A stretch of DNA of 63,727 nucleotides, filler included, from Kipferlia bialata (lineage: Eukaryota), in NCBI GenBank assembly GCA_003568945.1. It is 7 parts of 5 records of this genome, joined end to end, with 100 filler letters (N's around TTAATTAATTAA, not from the genome) between each part and the next. Parts side by side here need not be neighbours in the genome. Positions count along the whole stretch, not along the records: positions 62,082 to 63,727 come from BDIP01000093.1; 6 more parts are not named here. The stretch is one strand, 5' to 3'. Position 1 is the stretch's first letter. Each line of letters opens with the position of its first letter. The notes under the pieces are model-generated. The model saw nothing but the letters and a program-made list of their open reading frames with translations, did no database searches and was not told where the DNA came from. Shown here piece by piece: positions 62,198 through 63,727 of the stretch. The position numbers and the translations under genes were made by a program.

Positions 62198-63678
62198 CTG
62201 GCGTACTCCTCAGCAGGAAGTATATGACGTATCCCGGTGTGGAATAGTGGGACCCGTACATAAAGGCCTCAGCTGGATCAAACTCCTTGAGGTTCTGGTA
62301 CCGAATGAGGTTCTCCTAACGGTGAGAGGAGCAATACGTCCAAGTCAGTACTCATATATCACTGGCTTTCAAGATATGTAAATAACTGTGACCTACCTCC
62401 AGCCTGTTCTGATCCAGGGCAGCCACAGGCAGAGAGAGGTCCCTGGGGGTTAGAGATATATAATGTTGAAAACACAATGTATCTTGCGTTGGTACCTGTA
62501 CATGTTTCTGTCCTCGAGGTCAATAGTGTCACATGTGTAGTCCCTGAGGACCCATGGGTAGACAGGGTACTGACTAAGGCACTGGTGGCTCCTGTTGCCG
62601 ATGGTGTTGAGGCCTGATATGTATGTGAAGTTGTCTATCTGGCCATCCACCCAGGCAGCCTGCATAGCGGGTAGTCCCTTCTCACACTCTACACACACAG
62701 ACAGAGACCCCAGGTGTGACAGGAGAGAGTCCCTCATGTGCTGTGAGTGGAATCCCTCCCCTCCCTGTGTGTCTGTGAAGACTAGGAAGAGAGAGTCGAT
62801 GATGGGGCCGGGACAGGGAGAGCGCCCTGCTGCGGCATCAGGCCCAGAGGGACAGAGGGAGAAGGGGGAGGGATTGTCCTCTGTGGGGGCATCGGCCAGA
62901 GAGAGGAGTGGGGATATGCCGTCAAGGAATGACGCAAAGGGTGACTCCTGCTGCTTGGAGGCCCCTCCCCTTCCTTCCACTATCGACTGGACAGAGGGGA
63001 AGGAGGGCTTCACAGGACCTAGGGAGAGAGAGAGAGAGGAGTCGGGGAAGGGGTCAGAGAGGTGGCCGGCCCTTCTGGGGGCAGCTGAGAGGAACAGCTC
63101 GACAGCCTCGTCCTGCAGCACAAAGAGTCTCTTCATTGCGGCAGATATGTTGTCGATGGGGAAGGAGAAACAGGGCACAGAGGTCACCTAGGGGTGAGGG
63201 AGGATCGTCATAGTTAGAGTACATACTACATTACTAGTAGAGTGAATACCACATCCCCCTACCTTGGCTGGGAATGTGACCTGTAGGTAAAGTGCCTCAG
63301 CAGTGAGTGCCAGTATACAGGGGAGTCTGACCAGGGGTGCACATAGAGTGACAGGGGCCTCAAACAGAACAGGGGAGAGAGACTCAACGTGGGAGGGGTC
63401 GAACGACGCGTCCTGTATCCGTCTGTTGATATAGCTGTCGATGCTGCCGGAGGGGCCCTGGCTCTCGAAGAACATGTGGGTGATCTTGGCAAATACCTGT
63501 GTGTCAGAATCAATGTCACACCAAGACAGCACCACTAATCTACCATATGATACCTCAGCAATGTCTGTGAATGAGGGCCTGAACTCAAAGACAAGGTCGT
63601 CTCCGTCGTTGTCGTGCTTGGCTGTCTTCTTCTGGGCTGGGGTGTCCTCCCTGCCCCCTTGCCGGGTCAGAGTGTGCT
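62198..63678 (-). CDS. PH-BEACH domain protein (neurobeachin/FAN-like), internal fragment
   Basis: 'WVDGQIDNFTYISGLNTIGNRSHQCLSQYPVYPWVLRDY..IDLEDRNMYR/DLSLPVAAL' and 'FMYGSHYSTPGYVIYFLLR'. A PH-like segment lies upstream. Confidence 0.93.
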
Positions 63679-63727
63679 CTGGGGTCAGGAAGGGGGGGGG
63701 GGGGGGGGGGGAGCCTACTCCCGGCCC

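Overview
Intron-rich eukaryotic (protist) genomic DNA. It consists of several contigs joined by artificial 100-bp N44-TTAATTAATTAA-N44 spacers, plus two plain N gaps. The intron style (GT donors; branch point fused to the acceptor, YTVAC-C(2-5)-YAG), the (GA)n/(TA)n/poly-G tracts and the gene set suggest a fornicate such as Kipferlia; this is an inference. Recognisable genes are GCN1, a pentapeptide-repeat protein, SF3A1/Prp21, an intronless 1565-aa AlbA/Schlafen-domain protein, a longin-like protein, calcineurin B, kinesin-5, CRIPT, a PH-BEACH protein and several hypothetical genes. Two things stand out. (1) In 29.5-48 kb and 59-61.5 kb, dozens of introns carry 1-4 'echo' copies of the neighbouring exon end together with its splice site. 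These copies differ from the real exon mostly at synonymous positions. (2) A 4-exon SELENOF/M/E-family selenoprotein gene has an in-frame UGA, lacks the partner Cys, and has a candidate non-canonical SECIS; the ORF track misses it. All exon models were built by eye.
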